A DNA stretch of 51,481 nucleotides from a virus. Taxonomy: Duplodnaviria; Caudoviricetes. The notes beneath the pieces were generated by a model. It was given only the letters and a program-made list of their open reading frames with translations, was not told the origin of the DNA and made no database searches. The stretch lies in the IMG/VR virus record IMGVR_UViG_3300031259_000021, positions 1 to 51,481 of that record; one strand, 5' to 3'. This document shows, in pieces, positions 26,590 through 35,722 of the stretch; positions within the stretch are counted from its first letter, which is position 1; each line of letters starts with the position of its first letter. The translations under genes were made by a program, and so were the position numbers.

Positions 26590-27251
26590 TCAACCTCGAG
26601 CAGACCATCCAGGCCCAGTACGCCAACAGCCCGATCCTGCTGCAGCTGATCAACAACATGAACAGCTACATCGATCCCTCGGCGAACCTGACCAATTTCT
26701 ACAACCAGGTGCAGAACGTGCTGACGGCCCAGGGCTATGGCCTGGACGTGTGGGGCCGCATCGTGGGAGTGAGCCGCACGGTCCCGATCCCCGTTAGTGC
26801 CAGCAGCTTTAATTTCCGGGAGTCTGGGATCGGAACCCCATTCGGCCCGGGCGGATCTGCCCCATTCTACGACGGCTCCAAGGGGACCACACTCTACCGG
26901 CTCTCAGATGCCGCCTTCCTCACTCTCATCCTCACCAAGGCCCTGGCCAATATCTCCTTCTGCTCCGCCCCGGCGCTGAATCAGATGCTGCAGAACCTCT
27001 TCGGCAAAGGTGCGGCATTCTGCAGCGACCTCGGGAACATGACCATGCAGATCACGTTCAACAACCTGAGCAGGCTGGACTACTACATCCTGATCAACTC
27101 CAAAGTCTTGCCCCGTCCAACCGGAGTGCTGGCCTACCTCTACAACGGGTATGTCCCAGGGAAAACCTTCATGTTCCGCGAATCAGGCGCAGGGACCCCC
27201 TTCGGCTATGGGGTCCTGTTCTCCGGCCAATACAGCCCTCTCTCTTTTTAA
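26586..27251 (+). CDS. DUF2612-like baseplate protein
   Basis: QYANSP, TA.GYGLDVWGRIVGVSR and LPRPTGV motifs. Confidence 0.85.
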   Translation: MINLEQTIQAQYANSPILLQLINNMNSYIDPSANLTNFYNQVQNVLTAQGYGLDVWGRIVGVSRTVPIPVSASSFNFRESGIGTPFGPGGSAPFYDGSKGTTLYRLSDAAFLTLILTKALANISFCSAPALNQMLQNLFGKGAAFCSDLGNMTMQITFNNLSRLDYYILINSKVLPRPTGVLAYLYNGYVPGKTFMFRESGAGTPFGYGVLFSGQYSPLSF

Positions 27252-27263
27252 GGAGCCAAGACG

Positions 27264-28439
27264 ATGTCCTCGTCCCTCGTCCTGCCAATCCTCCTCGCCT
27301 CAGCCTGGGCCAGCGGCAACCTCCCCACCAAGGGGCTGGTTAATCCACTCGGAACCATCACCAGCGGCGTGCTCTCGTCCTCGGCCTCGCTTTCGCCCGG
27401 AGCCAGCCTGGCCGACGGCTACCCGATTATCACGACGACCAACCCCCTCGCCGGCGGGGTGGCGCCGGCCGGAGCCGATCTCAACGGGATTTTGAACTAC
27501 ATCACGTCCTTCCAGGCCTGGGTCAACGCCGGCGGGGCCTTCTCCTTCAACAGCACCCTGGCCGCGGCGATCGGCGGTTATCCCCTCGGTGCCACACTGC
27601 AGCTCAACAGTGGCCTGGGTGAGGTCGTCAGCACGGTCAACGGCAACACCCAGGACCCGAACGTCAGCATGACCGGATGGGCACCCTACGGTGGGGCGTT
27701 CACGGTGGGGCAGATTCTGGTGGGCAGCGGGACCGGAACGGTCAGCAGTGTAGGGTTGACCTACACGGCCACGGCTGGTCTGGGTGTGACTACAACCAGC
27801 GTGGCCACGTCTGGAAATATCATTGGCGTCAGTTCCGCTTTAACGTTGACACCTGCATCCGCGTCCTCTGCTGCGGCCATTGGCGCTCAGTTCCTCGCCA
27901 CCACAAGCGGTGGAATCAGCCCCAGCGTCACGCAGTACGGATTGATCGGAGGCGTCACCAACTCTTGCACGGCAGGAACCTTACCACTGGCATGCGGAGT
28001 CAATGCCTATGCGGTTCAGTCCGGTGCTGGCACCACAACGCAGATGAACGGGTTGTTGGTCAACATAACCAAGAACGCCGGGGTTGTGTCAACTGCATGC
28101 GGGATCTATATAAACCCTGTTACGGCTGGTTCCGTGGGCAATTACGCCATCTACACCGGCGCTGGCATCGTCAACATCGGCGACACGACCGCTTCCACTC
28201 TCGCAACTAACGGCGCGCTGGTTGTAGCGGGTGGCGTCGGTTGCGGTCATCTGACCACAAGCGGAAATATCAATGTCGCAGGGACGGGCGGACACACCGT
28301 CAATTTCGCCAATTTTTCCAGTAATGGCAGCACCGCCACAGCGCTCGGAAGTGTTGGACCGGCTGGTTCATCAACTGTAGTGGGTGGTTGGATCAACATC
28401 TCTGTCAATGGCACCGTCCACTACGTTCCTTACTGGTGA
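27264..28439 (+). CDS. Tail fibre/receptor-binding protein
   Basis: AS..DG.P..T..GG..P.G.DLNGIL and AIGGYP.GA N-terminal anchor; G/T/S-rich C-terminus. Confidence 0.8.
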   Translation: MSSSLVLPILLASAWASGNLPTKGLVNPLGTITSGVLSSSASLSPGASLADGYPIITTTNPLAGGVAPAGADLNGILNYITSFQAWVNAGGAFSFNSTLAAAIGGYPLGATLQLNSGLGEVVSTVNGNTQDPNVSMTGWAPYGGAFTVGQILVGSGTGTVSSVGLTYTATAGLGVTTTSVATSGNIIGVSSALTLTPASASSAAAIGAQFLATTSGGISPSVTQYGLIGGVTNSCTAGTLPLACGVNAYAVQSGAGTTTQMNGLLVNITKNAGVVSTACGIYINPVTAGSVGNYAIYTGAGIVNIGDTTASTLATNGALVVAGGVGCGHLTTSGNINVAGTGGHTVNFANFSSNGSTATALGSVGPAGSSTVVGGWINISVNGTVHYVPYW

Positions 28440-28500
28440 TCCCCGGATGACCGCAGCCAACGTCTATAAATTTCTCAGCAACCGCCCAAGGAGGCACCTC

Positions 28501-28833
28501 ATGAAACTCCCCTTCGCCACCACCCTCACCGACCTGTCCGGCACCGCCATCACCACCCAGGCCGCGACCGACACCACTCCCGCGAAGTTCCTGACCTTCA
28601 AGGATGCGCTGATCGCGGCTTTCAGCGCCAACCACGCCGATGACGAGCGGCTCTCTAATACCGACCGCTACGCGATGGGCAAGCTCGGCTTCGCCATCGG
28701 CAAGGAGGCAGACCTCACCGTCGAGGACGTGGCAAAGATCAAGGAGCGCGCCGGCAAAGTGCTCACCCCCGGCATCGTTTTCCAGGTCTACGACCTGATC
28801 GAGGAAGCCGCCAAGGGCGAGGTGACCGCGTGA
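28501..28833 (+). CDS. Hypothetical protein (possible fibre chaperone)
   Basis: AAGGAGG RBS; follows the fibre gene. Confidence 0.65.
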   Translation: MKLPFATTLTDLSGTAITTQAATDTTPAKFLTFKDALIAAFSANHADDERLSNTDRYAMGKLGFAIGKEADLTVEDVAKIKERAGKVLTPGIVFQVYDLIEEAAKGEVTA

Positions 28834-29132
28834 GCATCACCACCGCCGTCACCCAGACCATCGTCAGCACCAAGCGCCGCACCTGGCGCGTGAATATCGA
28901 GACCGCCAACGGCCAGACGCCGGTCATCAGCGGCTACCGGGAGGTCATCAGCCTGGATGCCAGCGGGAACCAGGTGGGCCTGTCGGAGCAGTCCTTGTCC
29001 CCCTTGGTCATGGCGCTCGATGCCGCCGCCATCGCCGCGCTGCCCGCCAAGTATCAGCCGCTCCCGGGGCTGATCAGCGCCTTCTTCGATGACTTGGAGT
29101 CTGGGGCCCTGGCCGCCGCGGTTGACAAATGA
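28830..29132 (+). CDS. Hypothetical protein
   Basis: GTGA coupling; typical codon usage. Confidence 0.6.
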   Translation: MSITTAVTQTIVSTKRRTWRVNIETANGQTPVISGYREVISLDASGNQVGLSEQSLSPLVMALDAAAIAALPAKYQPLPGLISAFFDDLESGALAAAVDK

Positions 29133-29701
29133 GCAGCCGCTGGAACATCCTTTGGGCTGCCCCCTGGGGCCTGGCCTCCTGGCTGGCCGTGGAGCTGGTC
29201 ATCTTCGCCCCGGTATTTCTGGTCGGGCTCCTGCTCCTGCCGGCCCTGCTGCTGGTGGCGCCCGTCGTCCAGCGGGAGTCCACCATCGATGCCGGCGTGC
29301 AGGTGGAGGCCTTCGCCTGGGGATGGGCGAACACGCTCTGGGGCAACCTGGAGGACGGCCTCTCCCCGACCTGGTGGACGATCCAGTGTGGGGCGGCCGC
29401 GCCCACCTGGAAGACCCGGATGACCTGGTATCTCAGGAACCCGGTCTGCAACATGCGGTTCTGGCCGGTGGTCAGCACGTTGCCCAAGACCTCCGTGTGC
29501 TGGATCGGCACCGACCAGGTCCCGGCCGACGGCACCCCCGGGTGCTTCCTCTGTTGGGAAGGCGCCTACGTCGGGTTCCGCTGGCAGTGCCGCAGCTGGG
29601 GCGTGTGGGCGGGGTGGAAGGTCAACCCTGCGGACCGAAACGGCTGCACCGACTACAGAAAGTTCGGCCTCGGGACGGCCGGGCAGATCATCCGGTTCTG
29701 A
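29129..29701 (+). CDS. Trp-rich membrane protein
   Basis: N-terminal TM; W.N..DG, WYLRNP and GWK motifs. Confidence 0.65.
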   Translation: MSSRWNILWAAPWGLASWLAVELVIFAPVFLVGLLLLPALLLVAPVVQRESTIDAGVQVEAFAWGWANTLWGNLEDGLSPTWWTIQCGAAAPTWKTRMTWYLRNPVCNMRFWPVVSTLPKTSVCWIGTDQVPADGTPGCFLCWEGAYVGFRWQCRSWGVWAGWKVNPADRNGCTDYRKFGLGTAGQIIRF

Positions 29702-29734
29702 GAAATTAAAGGAAAAGACCGGCCCCGGGCTCAC

Positions 29735-29932
29735 TCAACCCCTGGGGCCTTTCTGCGCCTCCAGCCATGCCGCAACCGCCTCCCGCACTGCGGCATGAAC
29801 CGTTATTCCTCGGGCGGCGGCCGCCAGCTCCAGTTCCTGGTCCATCGCCAGCGGTATCCGGATCCCCCGGCGGCGAGATGGGGCAGGCGGTTCCCCCTTT
29901 CGAGGGCGACCTGGTTCGTTGCGAATCGGCAT
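29735..29932 (-). CDS. Ribbon-helix-helix-like regulator with GRPR AT-hook-like motif
   Basis: GRPRKG..GIRIP..ELELAAAARGITVHAAVREAV pattern. Confidence 0.6.
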   Translation of the reverse strand: MPIRNEPGRPRKGEPPAPSRRRGIRIPLAMDQELELAAAARGITVHAAVREAVAAWLEAQKGPRG

Positions 29933-29972
29933 ATTCCAGGAAACCCAAGGGTGGGGGTTTGTCACAAGTTCA

Positions 29973-29993
29973 ATAAATTGGGGCCCAATTTAT
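29973..29993. promoter_or_regulatory. 21-bp palindrome, candidate operator
   Basis: ATAAATTGGG-G-CCCAATTTAT between divergent genes. Confidence 0.5.
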
Positions 29994-30067
29994 ATCGGAC
30001 ACTGGCTGTCGGTCCGATAGATTGGGAGTGCGATACCATTTACAAAAGCGAAAAAAAGGAGAAGTTG

Positions 30068-30265
30068 GTGCTCGATAAACCTCAAATCCTTGAGCTGATC
30101 GGCCGTTCCGAACGCGCCGCGATCCTGTCCTTGGCGGCCCACGGTCTCCTGCTGCAGAAGGGCGAGGTCGATCTGGCCCGGGTCGTCTGGTGCTTCCACC
30201 TGGCTGCCGTCAAGAACGCCACGACCATGGGCAAGGCGGCTGGGGTGGAAGTGACTTGTGATTGA
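30068..30265 (+). CDS. Small hypothetical protein next to att
   Basis: AAGGAG RBS then TTG/GTG; VLDKPQILELIG...VTCD. Confidence 0.45.
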   Translation: MLDKPQILELIGRSERAAILSLAAHGLLLQKGEVDLARVVWCFHLAAVKNATTMGKAAGVEVTCD

Positions 30266-30311
30266 AAATCCCCTTGGGTTCACCCTCGTTCGGGTCTGTT
30301 CCGGGAACGGG

Positions 30312-30333
30312 TTTTGAGCCGATGTTGAGCCGG
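30312..30333 (+). promoter_or_regulatory. Integrase arm-type site pair (left)
   Basis: TTTTGAGCCGATGTTGAGCCGG, 21/22 identical to 30563-30584; tandem TTGAGCCG. Confidence 0.65.
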
Positions 30334-30372
30334 CGGCTATTTTTGGTGCCTACCGATGCCGATAAATAACAA

Positions 30373-30393
30373 GAGGCCCCTATGTAGGGCCTC
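30373..30393. terminator. Intrinsic terminator downstream of the tRNA fragment (possibly bidirectional)
   Basis: GAGGCCC-7nt-GGGCCTC stem with T-rich flanks on both strands. Confidence 0.7.
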
Positions 30394-30401
30394 GTGTTTT
30401 T

Positions 30402-30446
30402 TGGTTGGCGCGAGTGGAATCGAACCACCGACCCCTACCGTGTCAA
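30402..30446 (-). other. attP-like core: 3' half of tRNA-Val(GAC)
   Basis: Minus strand TTGACAC GGTAG GGGTC GGTGG TTCGATT CCACT CGCGCCA A CCA; no 5' anticodon stem or D-arm; 148 bp upstream of the integrase. Confidence 0.88.
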
Positions 30447-30562
30447 TGCGCAGGAGCCTTTCAGATCGCACAATACCGCACTCAACCGAAAACGTTAAGC
30501 CCTGGCTTTTCAGTGGTGGCACCTTGTCCTGTTCGGTTGCGAGTAGGCTTGTTCAGGTGGCC

Positions 30563-30584
30563 TTTTGAGCCGCTGTTGAGCCGG
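30563..30584 (+). promoter_or_regulatory. Integrase arm-type site pair (right)
   Basis: TTTTGAGCCGCTGTTGAGCCGG. Confidence 0.65.
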
Positions 30585-30594
30585 AGAATTCGCC

Positions 30595-31953
30595 ATGGCA
30601 AGGACGAAACGCAGCCAGGACCTGGACACGCGGACGAAGCGCCTGGCGCTGCCCATCGGGAAAAGGTTTACCGAGACCCTGGCCGAAGGGTGCTACATCC
30701 TCTATAAGCGGCCGGCGAACGGGGCCTCCGGGAACTGGATCGCCCGGCGCTACGACCTGGAGACCAAGAAGTTCCGGCAGGAGGTGGTGGGCGTGGCCGA
30801 TGACCTCCTGGACAGCGACGAGATCAGGATCCTCACCTTCGCTCAGGCCCAGAAGCGCGCAGAGGCCCGGTTCGAAGCCTGGAGCCGGGAGGCGGTGCTG
30901 GTCGCTGGTGGCGAGGTCCCGCACAAGGGGACCTTCACGGTGGGCGATGCCTGGGCCGAGTACATCGCGGACGCGGAGCTGCGAGGCGTGCACGGAATCC
31001 GAATCATGAAGCAGACCGCCGAGGCCCACATCATCCCGACCCTGGGCCAGGTGGACGTGGCCAAGCTCACCCCGAAGAAGGTCCGGGACTGGCACCAGGC
31101 GCTGGCGGCCCTGGCCCGGCGGAAGACCGGCGCGAAGCGGAAACCCGGGGCAGACGTCGAGCACCTGGCGGATCCGGAGACCGAGGACGAGAAGCGGGCC
31201 CGGAAGGACAGCGCGAACCGGATCCTGAGCAACCTGAAGGCCGCCCTCAACTTCGCCGCCAAGTCCCGCGGCATCGGCCGGGCCACAGACTGGCGCCAGG
31301 TGAAGCCCTTCCAGAACGTCACCCAGCCCCGTGTCAGGTTCCTGACGGTGGATGAGCAGCAGCGCCTGGTCAACGCCTGCCCGCCGGAGCTGCGCGCCCT
31401 GGTCAAGGGGGCCCTGTACACCGGGGCCCGCTACGGCGAGCTGACCCAGGTCCGCGTCGGGGACCTGAACCCGCAGGGCAGCCTCCACATTCTGTTCGGC
31501 AAGGCCAACCGGGGCGGCTACAAGCCTCGGCACGTGGTGCTGACCAAGGAGGGGCTGGAGTGGTTTGTCAGCCACACCGCCGGGCGGAAGGCGACCGAGC
31601 TGATGTTCCAGCACACCGCCACCCGGGCCGGCCGGGCCGAGGCCCTGAAGGACTGGGACGGCTGGGTGGCCTACGATCAGGCGAAGGTCATGGAGGCGGC
31701 CTGCGTGAAGGCGGAGATCACCGCGGTGACCTTCCACGAGCTGCGCCACACGTACGCCTCGGCCCTGGTCAACAAGGGCGTTCCCTTGGCCTACGTCGCC
31801 GAGCAGCTGGGGCACTCGAACACCCGCATGGTGGAGAAGCACTACGGCCATCTATGCCCGAGCGCCAAGGCGGATTCGATCCGGCTCCTGGCGCCCGTGC
31901 TGGGATTCGATGGTGACCTGGTCGTGCAACCCCTGGATATCAAGAAGGGGTGA
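30595..31953 (+). CDS. int: Tyrosine integrase
   Basis: TGARYGEL, K, HELRHTYAS, LGH and HYGH catalytic set; N-terminal arm-binding-like domain. Confidence 0.95.
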   Translation: MARTKRSQDLDTRTKRLALPIGKRFTETLAEGCYILYKRPANGASGNWIARRYDLETKKFRQEVVGVADDLLDSDEIRILTFAQAQKRAEARFEAWSREAVLVAGGEVPHKGTFTVGDAWAEYIADAELRGVHGIRIMKQTAEAHIIPTLGQVDVAKLTPKKVRDWHQALAALARRKTGAKRKPGADVEHLADPETEDEKRARKDSANRILSNLKAALNFAAKSRGIGRATDWRQVKPFQNVTQPRVRFLTVDEQQRLVNACPPELRALVKGALYTGARYGELTQVRVGDLNPQGSLHILFGKANRGGYKPRHVVLTKEGLEWFVSHTAGRKATELMFQHTATRAGRAEALKDWDGWVAYDQAKVMEAACVKAEITAVTFHELRHTYASALVNKGVPLAYVAEQLGHSNTRMVEKHYGHLCPSAKADSIRLLAPVLGFDGDLVVQPLDIKKG

Positions 31954-31962
31954 TCCTCGGTT

Positions 31963-33048
31963 TTACTGCAACTGAAGCCAATAGTAATAGATAAAGAAGT
32001 TCCCAGAGCTATCGGCGGGATAACTGGACTTGAACACTACATTCCCGCTGCCGATCACAATGGGGTATTCCATCGTGTATTGAGGAGTGGCGGATAGCAT
32101 TAGGAAATCCGTCGTGGTCGGATTGTAGGTCATGCTGATCTGCTGCGATGCGCCAGCCGCAATGGTGTATGTGTTCAGCGTGCCAATGAAGTTGGAATAT
32201 GTGTATTGATTCCCGAAGTCGCTAATGGTGAGAGGCACGTTTCCCTTGTTAACCACCGTGTAGACCGCCTTGGTGGGGTCGATTGCCAGGCTGCCGGTGA
32301 AGCTCGTATTGACCTGGTACCACCCACTCAGCGGGAATTCATTCAGGTCAGACCCGACAGGGGGGAGCGCAGCATAAAATGGGTTAGACAACAGCACTGG
32401 CGCGGCTTGCGTTGCCGACTGCACCATCAAATCGACCCCCGCGTAATCCTCGAGGGTGAACTGTGCGACCTGGACGTTGAGATCGATTTCGCACGTGGCC
32501 GAAATCGTGGCCCCGGTCGTGTCAGTGCCGCTCGCCGTGAGGTGGAAGACCAGCGCACCAGCGGGCAGAAGCGGGGAGGTGCCGTGGCCGTTCTGCCCGA
32601 CGCCGTGGATCACCTGAACCTCGGTGAGCGGCACGATGGAGCCCGTTCCCTGGAGGGGCAGGACCGCAATCGTTCCCGGCGTGACGATGACCGCTGGGTT
32701 ATCCGCCGTCACCACGACGTTGTTCACGATGGCGGTGCCTGTGTTTTCGATCTGGAACAAGTAGGTCGCCGACGATGGGATGTTGCCGAAATTGAACACC
32801 GTGGCGGCGGGCGTGGTCACATCAGCCCGTTCCAGCATGGTCATTACCTTTGCCGTCGCGGGGGTTGCGTGAACCGCCGTGAAGGCTATGGCGCCAGAAA
32901 CGGTGGGCGTCGGGGTCGGTGTCGGAGTGGGCGTCGGGGTTGGGGTCGGCGTGATGATCCCACCCGGAGCAGCCGTGCTACCACCTCCGCTACCGCAGCC
33001 GACGGCAAGCGCCAACACAAAGACGCAAAGAAAACTTGGGATTCTCAT
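31963..33048 (-). CDS. Lipoprotein moron with PT linker and Ig-like beta-rich domains
   Basis: AAGGAGG RBS; MRIPSFLCVFVLALAVG-C lipobox; (TP)n linker; visibly lower GC. Confidence 0.8.
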   Translation of the reverse strand: MRIPSFLCVFVLALAVGCGSGGGSTAAPGGIITPTPTPTPTPTPTPTPTVSGAIAFTAVHATPATAKVMTMLERADVTTPAATVFNFGNIPSSATYLFQIENTGTAIVNNVVVTADNPAVIVTPGTIAVLPLQGTGSIVPLTEVQVIHGVGQNGHGTSPLLPAGALVFHLTASGTDTTGATISATCEIDLNVQVAQFTLEDYAGVDLMVQSATQAAPVLLSNPFYAALPPVGSDLNEFPLSGWYQVNTSFTGSLAIDPTKAVYTVVNKGNVPLTISDFGNQYTYSNFIGTLNTYTIAAGASQQISMTYNPTTTDFLMLSATPQYTMEYPIVIGSGNVVFKSSYPADSSGNFFIYYYWLQLQ

Positions 33049-33164
33049 GATAAGTCCCTCCTTGGGACGGTGTAAATGTGGATGGGGAAAGGGTAGCACT
33101 ACTGGGGCGACATTTATTGACGCTCAATCTACCCTCGGAAGCGCGGGGCGAAACCGCAGGAGTC

Positions 33165-33389
33165 TTAAGCAGCGTTTGAATCGAGGTAGGCCTGGATCTC
33201 CGTACGCGGGATGATCCGGCGCTTCCCTTCCTTGATTGACTTGAGCTTGCCGTCGCGGATCAGGGCATAGATGGCAGTGCGGGCGAGGCCGGTCACCAGC
33301 GCGGCATCCTCGGGGGAGTAGGACAGGGGCTCAAGCAGAAGACGGTCCGGCTCGGGCGGGGGAGGAGGAAGGGCGGCGCGGCGTTTCAT
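33165..33389 (-). CDS. xis: Excisionase-like HTH protein
   Basis: YSPEDAALVTGLARTAIYALIRDGKLKSIKEGKRRII; near the integrase. Confidence 0.8.
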   Translation of the reverse strand: MKRRAALPPPPPEPDRLLLEPLSYSPEDAALVTGLARTAIYALIRDGKLKSIKEGKRRIIPRTEIQAYLDSNAA

Positions 33390-34399
33390 GCTACGTCCTC
33401 CCCCAGCACCGCTGGGTCGCCCTCTTCCAGCAACCGGACGCACATCGCCATGGTCTGAATGATCTCGACGTGCACGGCCGCCAGGGTGGCCCCGGGCTTG
33501 CGGTTGTGCAGGTCCAGCGCGGCCTTGACCACCTCGCCGGCCTCCTCCATCAGCGCGAGGGTGCGGTGCTCGGATGTCGGGAACTTCGCCCTGGCCCGGG
33601 CCAGTTCGGCTTGCACCTGGCGCAACCAGGGCGGAAGCATGGCGTCGGCGTCTGCCATGAGCCGCCGCAGATCGTCGGTCAGGTCCACCTTCACGTTCAC
33701 GAGGAAGCGGTCCCGCTGGTCAAGGTCGGCGGCGGTGAGCCCCCCGCAGGGAGCCTGGGGCAGCAGCGCGCGCAGGTCCTCGGCGGTGGGTTCAACGTAG
33801 GGGCCCGGGCCGGCCTTCTCAAACAGGGGTTCCGCGTCCACCACCGACTGCAGGGTCTGGGCGCGTTCGGCGTTCTCCTCCTCCACCAGCGCGGCCAGGG
33901 TCGGCATCGGCGCCGGCTCCGCGAACGGGTTGATCGGCAGGGCCGGGAACTCGGGCTCGCCCAGGTCGTGCTTCTTGGCGATCTCCCGGGCCTTGTGGCG
34001 CAGGTTGTTCACTCGCTGGTAGAGCGTGCGGAAGGTGGGGCGGTCGAAGGCGTTGGCGGCGCGCGCCGTCGCGTCCTTGATTTCGGCCAGGACGTCCTGC
34101 AGGGTCTGTTTGGGGTCGTTCACGGGGATCTCCACGGTGAGAGGTTTGGGTTGGGGGAAGGGGCAGTCCTTGGCGGCAGTGGCGCGCTGGCCCTGGAGGA
34201 GTTCCAGGTCGAAGGTGAGCAGCTCGTGTTCCTGGGCCCAGGCGGTGAGAGAGGGAATGTCGGTGTTGGCGGGGCGGCTGGCCTTGTGCTTGTCGATGAG
34301 GACCAGCTGGTGGGCGATGGCCCGGGCGAGTTCTGAGGGCGAGAGCGCCTTGACGACGTCGGTCTTCTCTCCTGGGCTGGGGTAGCGGACGGCGGTCAT
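33386..34399 (-). CDS. Hypothetical protein with C-terminal MazG-like domain
   Basis: LALMEEAGEVVKA..EIIQTMAM motif. Confidence 0.6.
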   Translation of the reverse strand: MTAVRYPSPGEKTDVVKALSPSELARAIAHQLVLIDKHKASRPANTDIPSLTAWAQEHELLTFDLELLQGQRATAAKDCPFPQPKPLTVEIPVNDPKQTLQDVLAEIKDATARAANAFDRPTFRTLYQRVNNLRHKAREIAKKHDLGEPEFPALPINPFAEPAPMPTLAALVEEENAERAQTLQSVVDAEPLFEKAGPGPYVEPTAEDLRALLPQAPCGGLTAADLDQRDRFLVNVKVDLTDDLRRLMADADAMLPPWLRQVQAELARARAKFPTSEHRTLALMEEAGEVVKAALDLHNRKPGATLAAVHVEIIQTMAMCVRLLEEGDPAVLGEDVA

Positions 34400-35166
34400 T
34401 TGGCCTCCAGGAAGTCAGGGAAGAGAGGGACGCCGCCGGCCACGATGTGGCCCCGGGCGTTGCGGATCCAGACGGGGGTGGTGAAGCGAGGGCGGAGGAC
34501 CTTGGCGCGCTCCCTGGGGACCTTATGCGCGGCCTTGGGCTTCACGGGCGGGACAGGTCGGTCAATCAGGAGATCCGGGTGCTCCTGGAGCATCCTGGCC
34601 ACGGCGAAGGCCTTCCTGGTGGGCAGGCAGTACGTCCCGCGGCCATCGGGCCCATGCACCACCACTGCCACGCCCTCGCCGTTGTAGGCGCCCAAGAAGT
34701 AGGGCTCCTGCTCGGCGTCCACCCTCCGCACCAGCTCGACCACTTCGCGCCGGACGGCCGGGTTTGTCATGGGGCCGGTGGTGGCCGCGAGCCACTCTTC
34801 GGCGACGTCTCCCGCGGGGGTGTTGCGCAGGGCCTGGGCAGCGTCCCAGAAACACTGGGCTCGGTGGCCCACCATGAAGCGCCAGTGCTGTTTCGGCGCA
34901 AAACCCGCAGTGTCGAGGGCCGCTTCCATGTTCTCCAGATAGACGGAGAGATCCTCCATCCACTCGGCGGCCAGGTCGAACTGCTCCTGAGCCAGGAGCT
35001 GCACTGCGCCAGAGAGCAGCATGTTCTCGTCGATGGCATTGGGAAGGAACCGCTCGCTGACCTGGTGGAAGGCCTCGCGCGCCTCCGAGCCGTAGCCCAC
35101 CTCGAAGGGGATCCGGTCCTTCTTGGGCCCGGTGTCCACAGAGTCAGGGAAGTGGTAGGTCACCAT
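34396..35166 (-). CDS. Hypothetical protein
   Basis: Coupled ORF in the leftward operon. Confidence 0.6.
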   Translation of the reverse strand: MVTYHFPDSVDTGPKKDRIPFEVGYGSEAREAFHQVSERFLPNAIDENMLLSGAVQLLAQEQFDLAAEWMEDLSVYLENMEAALDTAGFAPKQHWRFMVGHRAQCFWDAAQALRNTPAGDVAEEWLAATTGPMTNPAVRREVVELVRRVDAEQEPYFLGAYNGEGVAVVVHGPDGRGTYCLPTRKAFAVARMLQEHPDLLIDRPVPPVKPKAAHKVPRERAKVLRPRFTTPVWIRNARGHIVAGGVPLFPDFLEAK

Positions 35167-35534
35167 TCGTCACCCCCGAAAAGGGACTGCTGGACCCCGA
35201 CGAGGCACAGGGCTGGACCAGGGGCGGGCCCGGCCTGAACCGGCTCGAGGGCGGCGACCGCCAGCAGGGGCTCACCGTCCGGACCGAACGGGAGCGGTTT
35301 GGAGGCCTCTTCCTGGCTCAGGCCGGCCTGGAGCCCGGCGATGAAGTCACCCAGCACCTTGCGCCCGTCGATGCGGTCCAGGGCGTTCAGGAGCTGCTCG
35401 TACGTCCGCGCGCCTTGCTCCACCCGCCGGTCTCCCTTGATGGCCACATGGACCCAGCGCGCCTCCGCATCCGACCAGGTTTGCTGGCCGCACCAGCCGC
35501 CGCGATATTGGAAGGGCAGGGTCTTGGCGCTCAT
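35160..35534 (-). CDS. Hypothetical protein
   Basis: MSAKTLPFQ start with ATGA overlap. Confidence 0.55.
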   Translation of the reverse strand: MSAKTLPFQYRGGWCGQQTWSDAEARWVHVAIKGDRRVEQGARTYEQLLNALDRIDGRKVLGDFIAGLQAGLSQEEASKPLPFGPDGEPLLAVAALEPVQAGPAPGPALCLVGVQQSLFGGDEW

Positions 35535-35722
35535 GCTGGCCGCCCGACCTTCGCCCAGGCGTTGGCCTCTTCGGCCGCAAGAGCCTGACACTCCAGGTTC
35601 GCAGACCAGGCCGCCTCGACGGTCTCCTGGTTGGCCCACCGGGGGAGGGTGGAGCGCACCCGGCGCAGGGCGGCGCGCAGCTGCACTGTGAGGAGCACGG
35701 CATGGTCGAGAGGATCACGCAT
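35531..35722 (-). CDS. Hypothetical protein
   Basis: Coupled small ORF. Confidence 0.5.
   Translation of the reverse strand: MRDPLDHAVLLTVQLRAALRRVRSTLPRWANQETVEAAWSANLECQALAAEEANAWAKVGRPA

Noticed and set aside
27264-29701. DGR or invertase-based tail-fibre switching
   Set aside because: No reverse transcriptase, serine invertase, template/variable repeat pair or inverted fibre cassette seen
30402-30480. Complete phage-encoded tRNA-Val
   Set aside because: No 5' anticodon stem (CTACC needed, GCGCA present), no D-arm and no 5' acceptor strand
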